A stretch of DNA of 64,000 nt from Euglena gracilis (lineage: Eukaryota): assembly GCA_039621445.1 (NCBI GenBank), contig CP154954.1, forward strand, positions 46,355,847 through 46,419,846. The letters run 5' to 3'. The notes under the pieces were generated by a model that ran no database searches, was not told the DNA's origin, and saw nothing but the letters and a program-made list of their open reading frames with translations. Made by a program: the position numbers and the translations under genes. Of the stretch, positions 10,449-19,947 are shown piece after piece. How positions within the stretch are numbered: the stretch's first letter is position 1; the number at the start of each line of letters is the position of its first letter.

Positions 10449-11405
10449 TCATTTGGAATTCTGAATTTCACATTCCCAATGCCAGTGGTATCGGGAACAA
10501 CGAAAACATTTTTTGGGCGGTGGAAATTTTACATTCCACAAGGAGCCGTCCCGGGAAATATAAAATTTGTCTTCCCCAAGAATAGCAAAATTTTGTACCC
10601 CATGAGGGGTGTGTTCCTCATATACTTTTCCACCTCTTCGAATTAATTCATCCACCCCAAAATTCACTGGTGGGTGAATCCGTTGTACTGAAGAGGACGA
10701 GGATTGTAAGAAAGAATTTTGAGGAGATTGTGATGAAGGAAATGATGATGAGACATGAGAAGAAGGAGAAAATGAATGAAAAGGTGATGAGGAACGTGAA
10801 AAATCAGACGAAAAAGAATTTGTTGTTTTGAAGGACGTTTTGTAACGAAAAAAAGTGTGCACCATGAGTTTCCACAATTCTTGAAGTGGGTCACTTTTGG
10901 CACCATCTTCTTGTATGTCTTCAAAACTGGATTGAAAAATTTTGGACATTTCACGCATCCAAACGGGAAGATGTTCAAATTTTTGGAAGGTTAACACAAA
11001 TTCAAGTGAAAAATTTTGTGATAAATATTCTTCAGAGGAAGTGTTGCTGGTCATCTTTTGAACTTTAAGTTCAGCAATTTCCTTTTGAAGCATGGAAATT
11101 TGTTCCAATAATGCGGAATTTTGACTTGTGGAAACAGCGGAATTAGGTGACCAAAGAAAATGGTCATCCTGAAATTGTAAAATTACATCTGCATACACTT
11201 CGTATGCGACAAATAATGGGAGTGCTTCCTCGACCGATAATTGAAATGAGGTGCCAACAAGGACTGTCTGCCACCAGGAAGGTGGCCAGTTTTGAGCGCG
11301 AAATTTTAGTTCAATTTTTTTACGTGACAATTCTATGAGAGAAATAGTCTGTAAAAATTCGTTTGCAAAAGAGGTGCAAAATTCTTGAAACGGAACAATT
11401 GCGGG
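10449..11405 (-). CDS. Gag-like protein following the second 2A site (coiled coil, Ser-rich, C-terminal CX2CX3HX4C knuckle)
   Basis: LLEQISMLQKEIAELK coiled coil; KKCFRCSRYHWHWEC near the C-terminus; position just upstream of YR. Confidence 0.75.
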   Translation of the reverse strand, partial: PAIVPFQEFCTSFANEFLQTISLIELSRKKIELKFRAQNWPPSWWQTVLVGTSFQLSVEEALPLFVAYEVYADVILQFQDDHFLWSPNSAVSTSQNSALLEQISMLQKEIAELKVQKMTSNTSSEEYLSQNFSLEFVLTFQKFEHLPVWMREMSKIFQSSFEDIQEDGAKSDPLQELWKLMVHTFFRYKTSFKTTNSFSSDFSRSSSPFHSFSPSSHVSSSFPSSQSPQNSFLQSSSSSVQRIHPPVNFGVDELIRRGGKVYEEHTPHGVQNFAILGEDKFYISRDGSLWNVKFPPPKKCFRCSRYHWHWECEIQNSK

Positions 11406-11426
11406 TCCTGGATTTTGTTCAATGTC
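11403..11426 (-). other. 2A-like StopGo peptide #2 (LLLLSGDIEQNPGP)
   Basis: Exact D[VI]ExNPGP consensus preceded by a hydrophobic LLLLSG. Confidence 0.9.
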
Positions 11427-11900
11427 ACCTGAGAGGAGCAATAGTTTTTGTGTATTCCAAAAGGTATGTTTGGTGTTGATATGGAAAACATAAATGGGCC
11501 AGGGGGGGTTGGGCAGTATACGACGGTTGGAAAAAATAAATATTGGTTCATTCGGGAGGAGTAAATGCTGAGAGGAAATTTTAAATAAAAATGGGAGGGG
11601 ATATGGATATATGACCGGAAAGAGCAAGACGATATGTACGGGTTGATTTTTCAGTCGATCTAGTACACGATTCAATAAATGAAATGGGGGGTTTGCCCAG
11701 ATTAATTTTTCTGCAGACCAATTATGCAAAAAAGCGTCATCGAAAATCGACCAAAATTTTGGTACGCGACAATTTTCAGGTGAAGCAAAAGCATCAACCG
11801 AGGGTAAAGGTAAGCCAAAAAACGCAAAAATTCTGTAAAAATATTTTGGAATCAAAGCGTAATCTTGTTGGGCCTGCTGAAAGTACAGATTCATTGAAGG
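11406..11900 (-). CDS. N6-adenine DNA methyltransferase (Dam/DIRS-type), 165 aa between two 2A sites
   Basis: VDAFASPEN, DAFLHNW, IWANPPF (NPPF at 11682-11693), IVLLFP. Confidence 0.88.
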
Positions 11901-11921
11901 GCCAGGATTCGTTTCAATGTC
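11898..11921 (-). other. 2A-like StopGo peptide #1 (LLLCGDIETNPGP)
   Basis: Exact D[VI]ExNPGP consensus preceded by a hydrophobic FFLLLCG. Confidence 0.9.
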
Positions 11922-12110
11922 TCCACAAAGCAAAAGGAAAAAGAAATTTGGAAACGTAAGAATGTTTGTAAAAAGGGGTTTCAGAAAAAAAATGTTCGGA
12001 ATAAATGATTTCCAAAAGAATGTTTTGCTTTTAAGGGTTAAAAGAATAGTGTACCAAAAGAAAAAACGGCATTCCATCAAAAAAAACCTCAAAGTTTCCA
12101 AACTGCTGAA

Positions 12111-12350
12111 AAGTTTTTTGACTGCTGTTGTCAAAAACAAACGTGAAATTTTTTTAACTTTCAAAAGGAGAAATAACAAAAAACACAAAAACAGGGGTGC
12201 TCCAGACAGCAAATGTTGTGTAGAAGGGGGGTAAGTTTTTTGACTGCTGTTGTCAAAACAAACGTGAAATTTTTTAACTTTCAAAGGAGAAATAACAAAA
12301 AACCAAAAAACAGGGGTGCTCCGACAGCAAATGTTGTGTAGAAGGGGGGT
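12111..12350. repeat. Tandem duplication (122 bp + 118 bp) that frameshifts the first ORF
   Basis: 12111-12232 and 12233-12350 are near-identical. The second copy has small deletions. Confidence 0.9.
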
Positions 12351-13740
12351 AAGCCATTTGTGTGGGTTTTGAGGGGAAATGTTTGTAATCTTGCAATTTT
12401 TCAATGAATTCAGGGAAAAGCCCATACACAGGTGGTAAAAAAATAATGGAATCATCAATCCACTCAAAAATAGAATGTTTCAACACAACATGTTGAAGTT
12501 TGTCCATCCCAGCATTTTGATGTAGATAAAAGTCAAGTTTTTTGGCAAATTTTAAATGATTCTGGTAAATTTGTTGTCTTTCACTTGGTGAGATTGTTAC
12601 AGAAAACAAACTTGCTATGTCTCCAGCATTGCTTTCAGGTGCCACAGAGCAAGCAACAGCTGTATTGACTTCTGAAAGGTCCACAGTATCAAGCATGGGA
12701 GGAGGAAGCGGAATAAAAAAATTGTCCTGATAAGCAGACTGATAAAATGCAGGGTAATTTTGTTGAACAAAAGGTAAAAAAATTGATACTTGTTGAATCC
12801 AAGAAAAGAGTCGTTGTTTTTGGTGATCCACAATTTCATCAGGAGATGAGTTCAAAATTTCAATCATGTCAGAGAATTGTTGAGAATGTTTCTGTTGCAG
12901 AGAAACATTTTTTAAAATTTGAGAGGGACTGTCAGAAAGATGAATTGAGGAGTCTGATTTGTTCTCTGCAGAATTAAAAGAATCAGGACAATTTTGTACA
13001 AGCTTGTTCAAAAGACTCAAAGGCACAGGAACACAATCTGGGGGAAGGGATTGTGCAGTAACATTCTGTTGTGCCCCAGGGCACTGATGTGTGGGTTGAC
13101 AAAAAGAAGCATTAGTAGCATTCAAAGGAAAACTGTTTGGCTGTTGTGGAACACAGGTTCCTGTATAAGTTGATAATTGGTTTGGGAGTGAAGCTCCAAA
13201 AGGAGCAGGTAATACTCCAAAAGGAGATTGAATAACTCCACAGGGAGTCTGAACAGGTTGGTTTTGGTTTGTCAACATTGGGATTCCAGAATAAAGATTC
13301 AAAGGAAAATGGGAGAAGGGGGCTGGGGTCAGGGGAACAGAGTGTTGTACAACTGCAGGGGTGGCAGGAGGGGTAGGGAGGGACCTTAGGCGTGATACCA
13401 GGTTGTCGATGAGCTCTTGGCCAGCACTGTCTTTTCTTGCTTTCTTTCCAGTCCCAGTTTCACTGTAATCTCTCTTCTTCTTCTTCTGGTCTTCCTTGAA
13501 CGGTTGTCCATCCGGGTATGCTACCCTGAGAGCAGCAGGGTGCTGGCCTTCTGCACGGGCATCACCAACTTCAAAACTGACTTCCTGTCCAGGATGTAGA
13601 ACCGGGACTCCAACTCCCAGTGTCAGCAGCTGACTCACGTGTATATAGTACGTGGTAGCTTCACCAGAGTCGGTGTCAGACGATTGCAGAAAACCAAAAC
13701 CCCTGTGGGGAAACCATGTTGTCACGGTACCAGTCGGCAT
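12274..13740 (-). CDS. Cold-shock-domain-containing N-terminal part of the YR element ORF1
   Basis: MPTGTVTTWFPHRGFGFL...YYIHVSQL...LHPGQEVSFEV...AALRV matches the CSD RNP1/RNP2 pattern. It is followed by a basic NLS-like KKKKRD and a P/Q-rich region. Confidence 0.85.
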   Translation of the reverse strand: MPTGTVTTWFPHRGFGFLQSSDTDSGEATTYYIHVSQLLTLGVGVPVLHPGQEVSFEVGDARAEGQHPAALRVAYPDGQPFKEDQKKKKRDYSETGTGKKARKDSAGQELIDNLVSRLRSLPTPPATPAVVQHSVPLTPAPFSHFPLNLYSGIPMLTNQNQPVQTPCGVIQSPFGVLPAPFGASLPNQLSTYTGTCVPQQPNSFPLNATNASFCQPTHQCPGAQQNVTAQSLPPDCVPVPLSLLNKLVQNCPDSFNSAENKSDSSIHLSDSPSQILKNVSLQQKHSQQFSDMIEILNSSPDEIVDHQKQRLFSWIQQVSIFLPFVQQNYPAFYQSAYQDNFFIPLPPPMLDTVDLSEVNTAVACSVAPESNAGDIASLFSVTISPSERQQIYQNHLKFAKKLDFYLHQNAGMDKLQHVVLKHSIFEWIDDSIIFLPPVYGLFPEFIEKLQDYKHFPSKPTQMAYPPSTQHLLSEHPCFLVFCYFSFES

Positions 13741-13839
13741 CTTGAAAAACCAAAGGTGATCCAAGTTATCTTTCAGACTTGATAGAGGTGCAAGTTCCTG
13801 TTGGTCGGTATTCTGCAGCCCCGACCGGCTCAGACTTCA

Positions 13840-13942
13840 AGGCTTACTTCCAATAAAGGAATCTGTGAAGAAATATTTACAGAATTAGTTTGCATTCTTG
13901 TCGCGTAACGGTTCGCAAATCTCGAGATTGGTGAATCTCTCG
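13840..13942. repeat. 5' direct repeat A1 of the YR retrotransposon
   Basis: Matches 7363-7465 over 103 bp. Confidence 0.95.
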
Positions 13943-14198
13943 TTTTCAAAAGCTTCCGCCCTGCCATTTTTGACTGTCGGACGCCCCCCGACAGTCGACA
14001 AAGGTCCTCGACCCCAGGGCAGCCCAACCAAAGAAGTAAGTGGAAAAATTTTAATTGAAAGGCTCTCCAGCCCAACACTCCAAAGGCCGTCCCTGTTCCA
14101 CACGAACCGCTGGTTCGTCACCCACGATGATTCACTTGATGTTCTTTTGGCTCACCAAGGAGTGCAAGAGGGCCCCAAATGTTGCGATTTTCTCCTTG

Positions 14199-14425
14199 GG
14201 GGGTCGGCACGCCGTGGCGAGGGGTCCGGCTAGGGGGGGGGGTTGGCGTTTTTTGGCGTGGCGAGGGGGTCCCGGATGGGGGGGGGGAGGGGGGGGCGGG
14301 GGTTTGCCAAGAAAATTTTCTTTGGCGCGGCTGACATGGCGTGGCGAGGGGGTCTGAAAGGGGGGGGGGTAAGATGGCGTGGCGAGGGGGTAGGTCGTAG
14401 GGGGGGGAGGGGTGTGCCGACCCCC
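14199..14425. mobile_element. MITE with 12-bp TIR GGGGGTCGGCAC and 5-bp TSD CCTTG
   Basis: CCTTG at 14194-14198 and 14426-14430; terminal inverted repeat seen directly. Confidence 0.75.
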
Positions 14426-14808
14426 CCTTGTATTCCGCAGGCATCAACCGTTGAACTCCTGAGGAATTTGAAATTGTGGCTCTTTCTGGTTTTTTTCGCC
14501 ACACCTGAAACTCGGCGATCCACAATTTTGTGGAACCTGTCTTTGCGTTGCGTCCCAATCCTATCGAAGTCCTGCGTAATTCCAGATCCCAACTTCTTCG
14601 CATACGCCTCCAACAACGAGCTCTCACACCCACAAAGAAGTCAAACAAGGCACTTGCCAAGTCTTTGTACTTGGGGCATAGCTGGCGCTTTTTTTGTTGC
14701 ATTTTTTTTAAAAAAAAACCCTTTTTTTATGTTTTTTTTTTAAAAATGGCAAAAAAAATTGCAAAAAAACAAAGGGAAAAATTATGGACCCAAATTTGCC
14801 TTACCGTC

Positions 14809-14983
14809 ACCCCCCCCCCCTATTTGGCTAATGGCCGGGCTCCTTCGGACCCCCAATTAGCCAATTGGGGGGGGGGACAATTAGGGCGGGTTACCCCGGC
14901 CAATGGCCAATAAGCCTGACCCCCCCCTAATTGGCTAATGGACCGTCCAACGGGACGCCCAATTAGCCAATTAGGGGGGGGGG
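14809..14983. mobile_element. Small palindromic MITE-like element
   Basis: C-run-TA(T/A)TTGGCTAAT ... ATTAGCCAATTA-G-run, with internal copies of the motif. Confidence 0.55.
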
Positions 14984-15579
14984 CAAGGGCAATTGCAAGT
15001 ATGAACCTGAAACCAGCCAAAACGACTCAACGGCTGACCAGGGGGGAGTCCCCATTTTGACGTGCCGAGGGGGTCCGACCACCAGGGGGGGGGGTGGCTG
15101 CCAAACCTCCACTACAAACACTACCTTGATAACTTCCATCTTGAACTCTACAGTGTAACCACTTCTGCCTCCTCTCTCTTGGGTCCCCATGGGTAGGTGG
15201 TGAAGCGGGGGGTCGGGAAGGTTGGACGCAGAACACGGGAGAGGGGTCCGAAAAGCAAGGGAGGGGGAGGAGGGTGGGGGACCCCCCTTCCGAAAAACTG
15301 GGGGGTGGGGGACCCCTCCCCCTACCACCTTGCCCCCCAGGGGGAAGTGACCAGGTTTTGAATAGTGCTGAGCTCTTAATAAGCGCTCACCCACCCCTTC
15401 ATTGACACCCCATATCAAAAAACCGGTAGATGGGGCGTTCCAAGGGCTTCAAATTAGGTCTCCGGACATTTCCTTTGATTTGGCTTCATTTTGGAGAAAT
15501 TTTGAAAATTGAGTCCAAAGGGGGGGGGTTAGCAGGGGGGGGGGGGCGATCCTACCGAGTTTGGGGCCTGGCGGGGAGT

Positions 15580-15747
15580 TACCATGCCCCCCCGCCCATA
15601 TAAGACCCCCCATATAAGACCCCCCCCCTGGCCGGCCGAAGGCCGGCCCTTTGGCCGGGACCGACCCCCCCGTGTAAGACCCCCCCATATAAGACCCCCC
15701 CCCCCTAGGATTTTGGCTGGGTCTTATATGGGGTGGGGGGCATGGTA
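15580..15747. mobile_element. TA-flanked MITE (Tc1/mariner-like ends)
   Basis: TACCATGCCCCC...GGGGGCATGGTA with repeated ATAAGACCCC / GGTCTTAT subterminal motifs. Confidence 0.6.
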
Positions 15748-15761
15748 AACGTTTTCACTTA

Positions 15762-16950
15762 CTAGGGCAGCATCGCGTGATCTGTAGCTCTTTCCGCCAG
15801 GCGAAGTTGGTGGGCTACTGCCCGCGCCAGCGTGACGGACAAATTCTTTGTGTGTGTGTCAACTCCTGGAACCGGCACTGTCACAGAGAATTTGCCAGCG
15901 GCCGGGCCGGGACAGCCCCATGGGTTGAAGGCAATACCAGAGTGCTCCCACTGATGTTGCGCGCACCTTTCTTCCGCGTGATTTCGTTTGTCAAGTTCAG
16001 CACCTGGCAGTGTCCGCAGAACACGGGTGAGATTCAGGGGCCATCGGGAGGGGGCCAAAGGGTGTTCGATGGTAAGGTCAGCATCATGAGTGCCAGATTC
16101 GCAACTTTGCTCCTTGCGAACTGAAATACTTGCTCGTTGGCACAGATCCACGAGGGAATCTCAGAGGCAGTTTTGTCTCTCTGTTATCCGTTTTTGCGGC
16201 ACATCAGAAGGTGGTCACCAAAAGGATCAATGGAGTCCGAACAGAGGGGGCAGGAGCAAGTTAGTTGAGGGGATGAGGCCCACAAAAGGCTCCAAATGCC
16301 TCAAATTTGGCAAATTAGCATCTCAACACATCTTATTTAGGTTAGGAATGAGAAAAAGTATTCGGATGGGTGGTTCAAAAATTGCCATAAGAGGTTTGTG
16401 ACAAGAATGGCCAATTTCTGCGTTTTTCCCTTAAAATTGCCTTCATTCGGCACAACTTTGCTTTGATACGCCACTTTCCTTTGTTTGTTTGTTTGACATT
16501 GAGGTGACATAGAGGGATAGTAGAGGTAGAGGTGGCCGCTACCTCTACCTCCACCTCTACCTCCATCCCTCTAACTCTATCTAGCCCTGCCGGCAGAGGC
16601 TGAAGGGGCCGGGGGGCAGGGATGTTGAACCCTGGCACCCTTTGCGAGAAGCCCACACAAGCGGCCAGCTGGGCTGCTGTGCGTTCCACCGTGGGATCCG
16701 AGATGCCCCAACCGCTTTTGTTGAAGGGGAGCGTAATTTGGTTCCAGTGCAGGGGTACTACATTGCTGACGGCCTGGCGGCTCATGTCGGAGACGTTTTG
16801 GAGGGATGTTGTGCTGGAGGAGAAGATGCTCTCACGGAGGAGGTGAGTAACCCGACAGCCATCCAGGAAATTCCGCAGGAGACAGTGTTGAAGTTGAGGA
16901 TAATTTTTGGAGACAGGAAACAGAGGTCTCCAACTTGACACTGAGACGGT
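15762..16950 (-). pseudogene. Degenerate CRE/SLACS-like non-LTR retrotransposon 3' fragments (post-RT region and restriction-like endonuclease)
   Basis: QITLPFNKSGWGISDP in 16375..17241. DLTIEHPLAPS...AELDK...IAFNPWGCPG...LSVTLARAVAHQL in 15762..16151 resembles an RLE C-terminus. Confidence 0.65.
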
Positions 16951-16959
16951 GGTCGACAT

Positions 16960-17118
16960 GGCTCGGCACGGCTCGGCACGGCTCGGCACGGCTCGGCACG
17001 GCTCGGCACGGCTCGGCACGGCTCGGCACGGCTCGGCACGGCTCGGCACGGCTCGGCACGGCTCGGCACGGCTCGGCACGGCTCGGCACGGCTCTGCACG
17101 GCTCGGCTCGGCTCGGCA
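16960..17118. repeat. 10-bp tandem repeat (GGCTCGGCAC)n, about 15 units
   Basis: Seen directly. Confidence 0.97.
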
Positions 17119-17122
17119 TAAG

Positions 17123-17303
17123 TACCCCCCCCCCCATATTGTCCCCCCCCCATATTGTCCCTCGGCCCGGCCGACGAGGGGTTTTTTTGGCTCGGTCAAT
17201 GAAATTTCCTTTGGTACCCCCATATTGTCCCCCCCCCCCATATTGTCCCGGCGGGCCTCCTGGGGAGAGGTCGGTGGGACAATATGGGGGGTGGGGGGTG
17301 GTA
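17123..17303. mobile_element. TA-flanked MITE with CCCCATATTGTCC repeats
   Basis: TACCCCCCCCCATATTGTCC ... GGACAATATGGGGGG...GTA. Confidence 0.55.
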
Positions 17304-17753
17304 AGTGGTCGACATAAGTAAGAAGCCCTCAGAGTAGCGGAACGTAGCGCGTCGTCTTGGTTGCCCCACAATTGGTTGCCCCGCACCCCAATTGCACTCT
17401 GTCATTTGTCTCCAGAGTCGCGGAGGATGGGCTGAAAATTGAAAAGATTGAACTTGAATTTTTTGAAGCTGTTCACTCTTGGGACTCGTATGTCTGCACG
17501 CTCAAATTGATTACTCTGGTTTGTCTTCTGGGGCTGCTCTTTTTTTCGTTCTCTCTTTTCAACGATCCATAGGAATGTTTGTTTACGTTGACGTGCGTTG
17601 CCAAACCAGATTCCTCATGAGCCGGGGGAAATGCCATTTAATGGGTTGAACATCAAGAAGTTGTCTTGAATTTTTTGACAGAAATGTTGTTTTACTCTTT
17701 TTTGTGGTCAAAAAGTTTTTCAACACCAGGCCAAGGTAGCAAGCAGGGCAGGT

Positions 17754-18023
17754 CAGGCTTCTTTTTAAGTCCCTGGCCCCCCTGGGGGGGGGGGGGGGGG
17801 GGGGGGGTCCGGGCCGGACCCCCCGGGGGGGGGGTTCCCGCGCCGGAGGCGCTGGGTATACCTTTTCGGTGCGAAGCACCGAAAATTTTTGAAAATTGCC
17901 TTTAACGGCCCGATTTTGGGGGGGGGTCCCCGCCCCCCCCCCCCCCCCCCGGGGGCCCCGCGCCCCCCGCGGTGGGGGTGGGGCCCCCCCCTCCCCCCCC
18001 CCGGGGGCTTAAAAAGAAGCCTG
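17754..18023. mobile_element. CAG...CTG MITE (hAT-like)
   Basis: 16-bp TIR CAGGCTTCTTTTTAAG / CTTAAAAAGAAGCCTG; TSD imperfect. Confidence 0.7.
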
Positions 18024-19947
18024 GGCAGGGGTTTAGAGTGGTCCCCCCCCCCGGCCGGACCAGGGGGGAACCCCCCCAGGGCCAATTTTTTCCTTCTGGC
18101 GGCTCCACACCAAAAATGTTTGACATTTTTGGCAAGTTTTTGCCCAAAGTGCCCCAACTATCACATTGGGGGTTGAGCCCCCCCGTCCCCCGCGTCCCCC
18201 CCGCGTCCCCACCAAGTGGCTTGGTGTCCTTTTTTTGAAGAGGCTTTTCTGCAATGTCCCGGCATGCTTGCTGTGATGAAACAAAGAAGAAGGGAGAAAG
18301 AAAAAAGAACGTTGCAAAAACAAGTGAGAAGGCAAAAAAATTTATCCTTGCTCCAACAAAAAACGGTACTCGTTCGCACCCTCACCCTTCGACTCTGCCA
18401 TTTGGGGGGTGCCATTTGGGGGGTGGGGGTCGTAGAACGAACAAGTTCCCAAAAAACCAGTTGTTGTGATGGGTGAAGGTTGTGACCTTACGTGTGTCCA
18501 TGTTTTCCTTCCAGTTTGTTCAGCATGATCAATGCTGATCCTAGAATGTCCCCCCGCAACCACTGCACACATTTCCTATTTGGTTCCCTCTCACCTGGAA
18601 ATTCTGATCATGGTGTATCCCAAAGACTGTTCCCCCTGTGATGACCCCCACGTGACCCCCCCATGACCCGACCTAAGACCCCTTTTGGCCAAAATTTTTC
18701 GGAAACAAATTTTGCAGGTGAGCCTATTTTGATAAAATATTGAGGTAGATTCCTAATTTTGAGGCATAAATTTTGCAAATTTTGGGACTCCTAATTTGGT
18801 GTCAAAATTCAAATTTTAGGTGTGGGGATTCCTAATTTATGGATTTCCCCCAAGAGTTTGTCTTCGGTGATTCCTAATTTGGCCACCGAAAATGTGGATT
18901 TCCCCCGTGCCCCCCCCCCCCCGTGACCCGACCGCGTCCCCAACACCCCCATGAGCCATTTTGGGGGCCGCCACCGTTTGTTTATGTGGGGGGGTTCCCC
19001 GCCTCCCCACCTGCCCTTTTGTCAAACCAACAGTTCGACAAAAAAAATTGCAAGGATTGTGGCGGGAGGTAAGGGGAAAAGGACAAAAGGCCGCCAACAT
19101 TGCCTCCAGCAACGGCAGGCATTCCCTTGTGTGGGTCAGCGGGCTTTATCTTTCTTCATCCCTGCCACTCGTGCACCTTTGGGACCACGGTATGGCAGGG
19201 CAAATCATGAACCCTGCCAAGCCAACTGGAATCCACTCCAAATCCTGCTGGGTGCTGCTGGGTGATCCGACTTGTAAATTCTTTGGTGGGGGTCGTCCAG
19301 CGAACTAGTACCGAATTTTTCAGCAAAAAGCCAAAAAGTTGACCCCCCCAAAATAAGACCCTCCTTGGGATTTTCAGCAACGGAACCCAAAAGCAGACCC
19401 GGTGCCTTATTTTTGGTGGGGGTTGTTCCTTTCAACCCTTTGGCGTGAACATGGAACATGGTTGATGGTCCATGGGACTCAAGGCTCTACTACAAAAAGG
19501 GGGGGGGTTCTGTCCTGAACCCGGCGTCCCCGGACACCGGGTTCAGGACAGAACCGGCGTCCGCCCCCCTTGTTTAGAGCGGCGTTTTAGAGATGCTGGG
19601 TTCAGGACAGAACCGGCGTCCCCGCCCTTTGGGCCAGATACGACTTAGAAACCCACCTATTTGTGTTCTCCTTTAGGCTTTCTTTAGCACAATGAGGGGC
19701 GGTTCCCTCGCCGTTGTAGTCCGCAACGCTCTGCCTGCCAGCCCAACCAGTGCCCAATTTTTGGCAGGGTTGGGGGCCGCCTTGGAGCCTCAAAGTGAAG
19801 GGGCGCGATGACCTGCTTCGCCGGGCCGCCCGCCTTGCTGTTCAGGTTGCTTTCTTTAACAAAACATCGTTTTCGCTGCAAATTCCTCCAGCCGCCACCG
19901 AAGGTTCAGAAAACCGAACTGAAGACGGAGCTCAAGTCGGAGCCCAA

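Larger units (their letters stand above)
7201..13942 (-). mobile_element. Tyrosine-recombinase retrotransposon (DIRS order; VIPER/TATE-like gag-YR-RT/RH arrangement) with split direct repeats
   Basis: Repeat A (103 bp) at 13840-13942 and 7363-7465. Repeat B (52 bp) at 7465-7516 and 7201-7252. This gives A1-ORFs-B1-A2-spacer-B2. Encodes gag, YR, RT and RNase H; no clear TSD. Confidence 0.92.

Noticed and set aside
13990-14130. Gypsy primer-binding site and 5' LTR edge (…GGGCAGCCCAACCA; …GTTCGTCACCCA)
   Set aside because: No confident tRNA match, and the 3' LTR is outside the window, so no comparison is possible.
16375-17386. Long ORFs with AEPCRAVPSR / HGSARLGTAR repeats
   Set aside because: These are translations of the 10-bp satellite.
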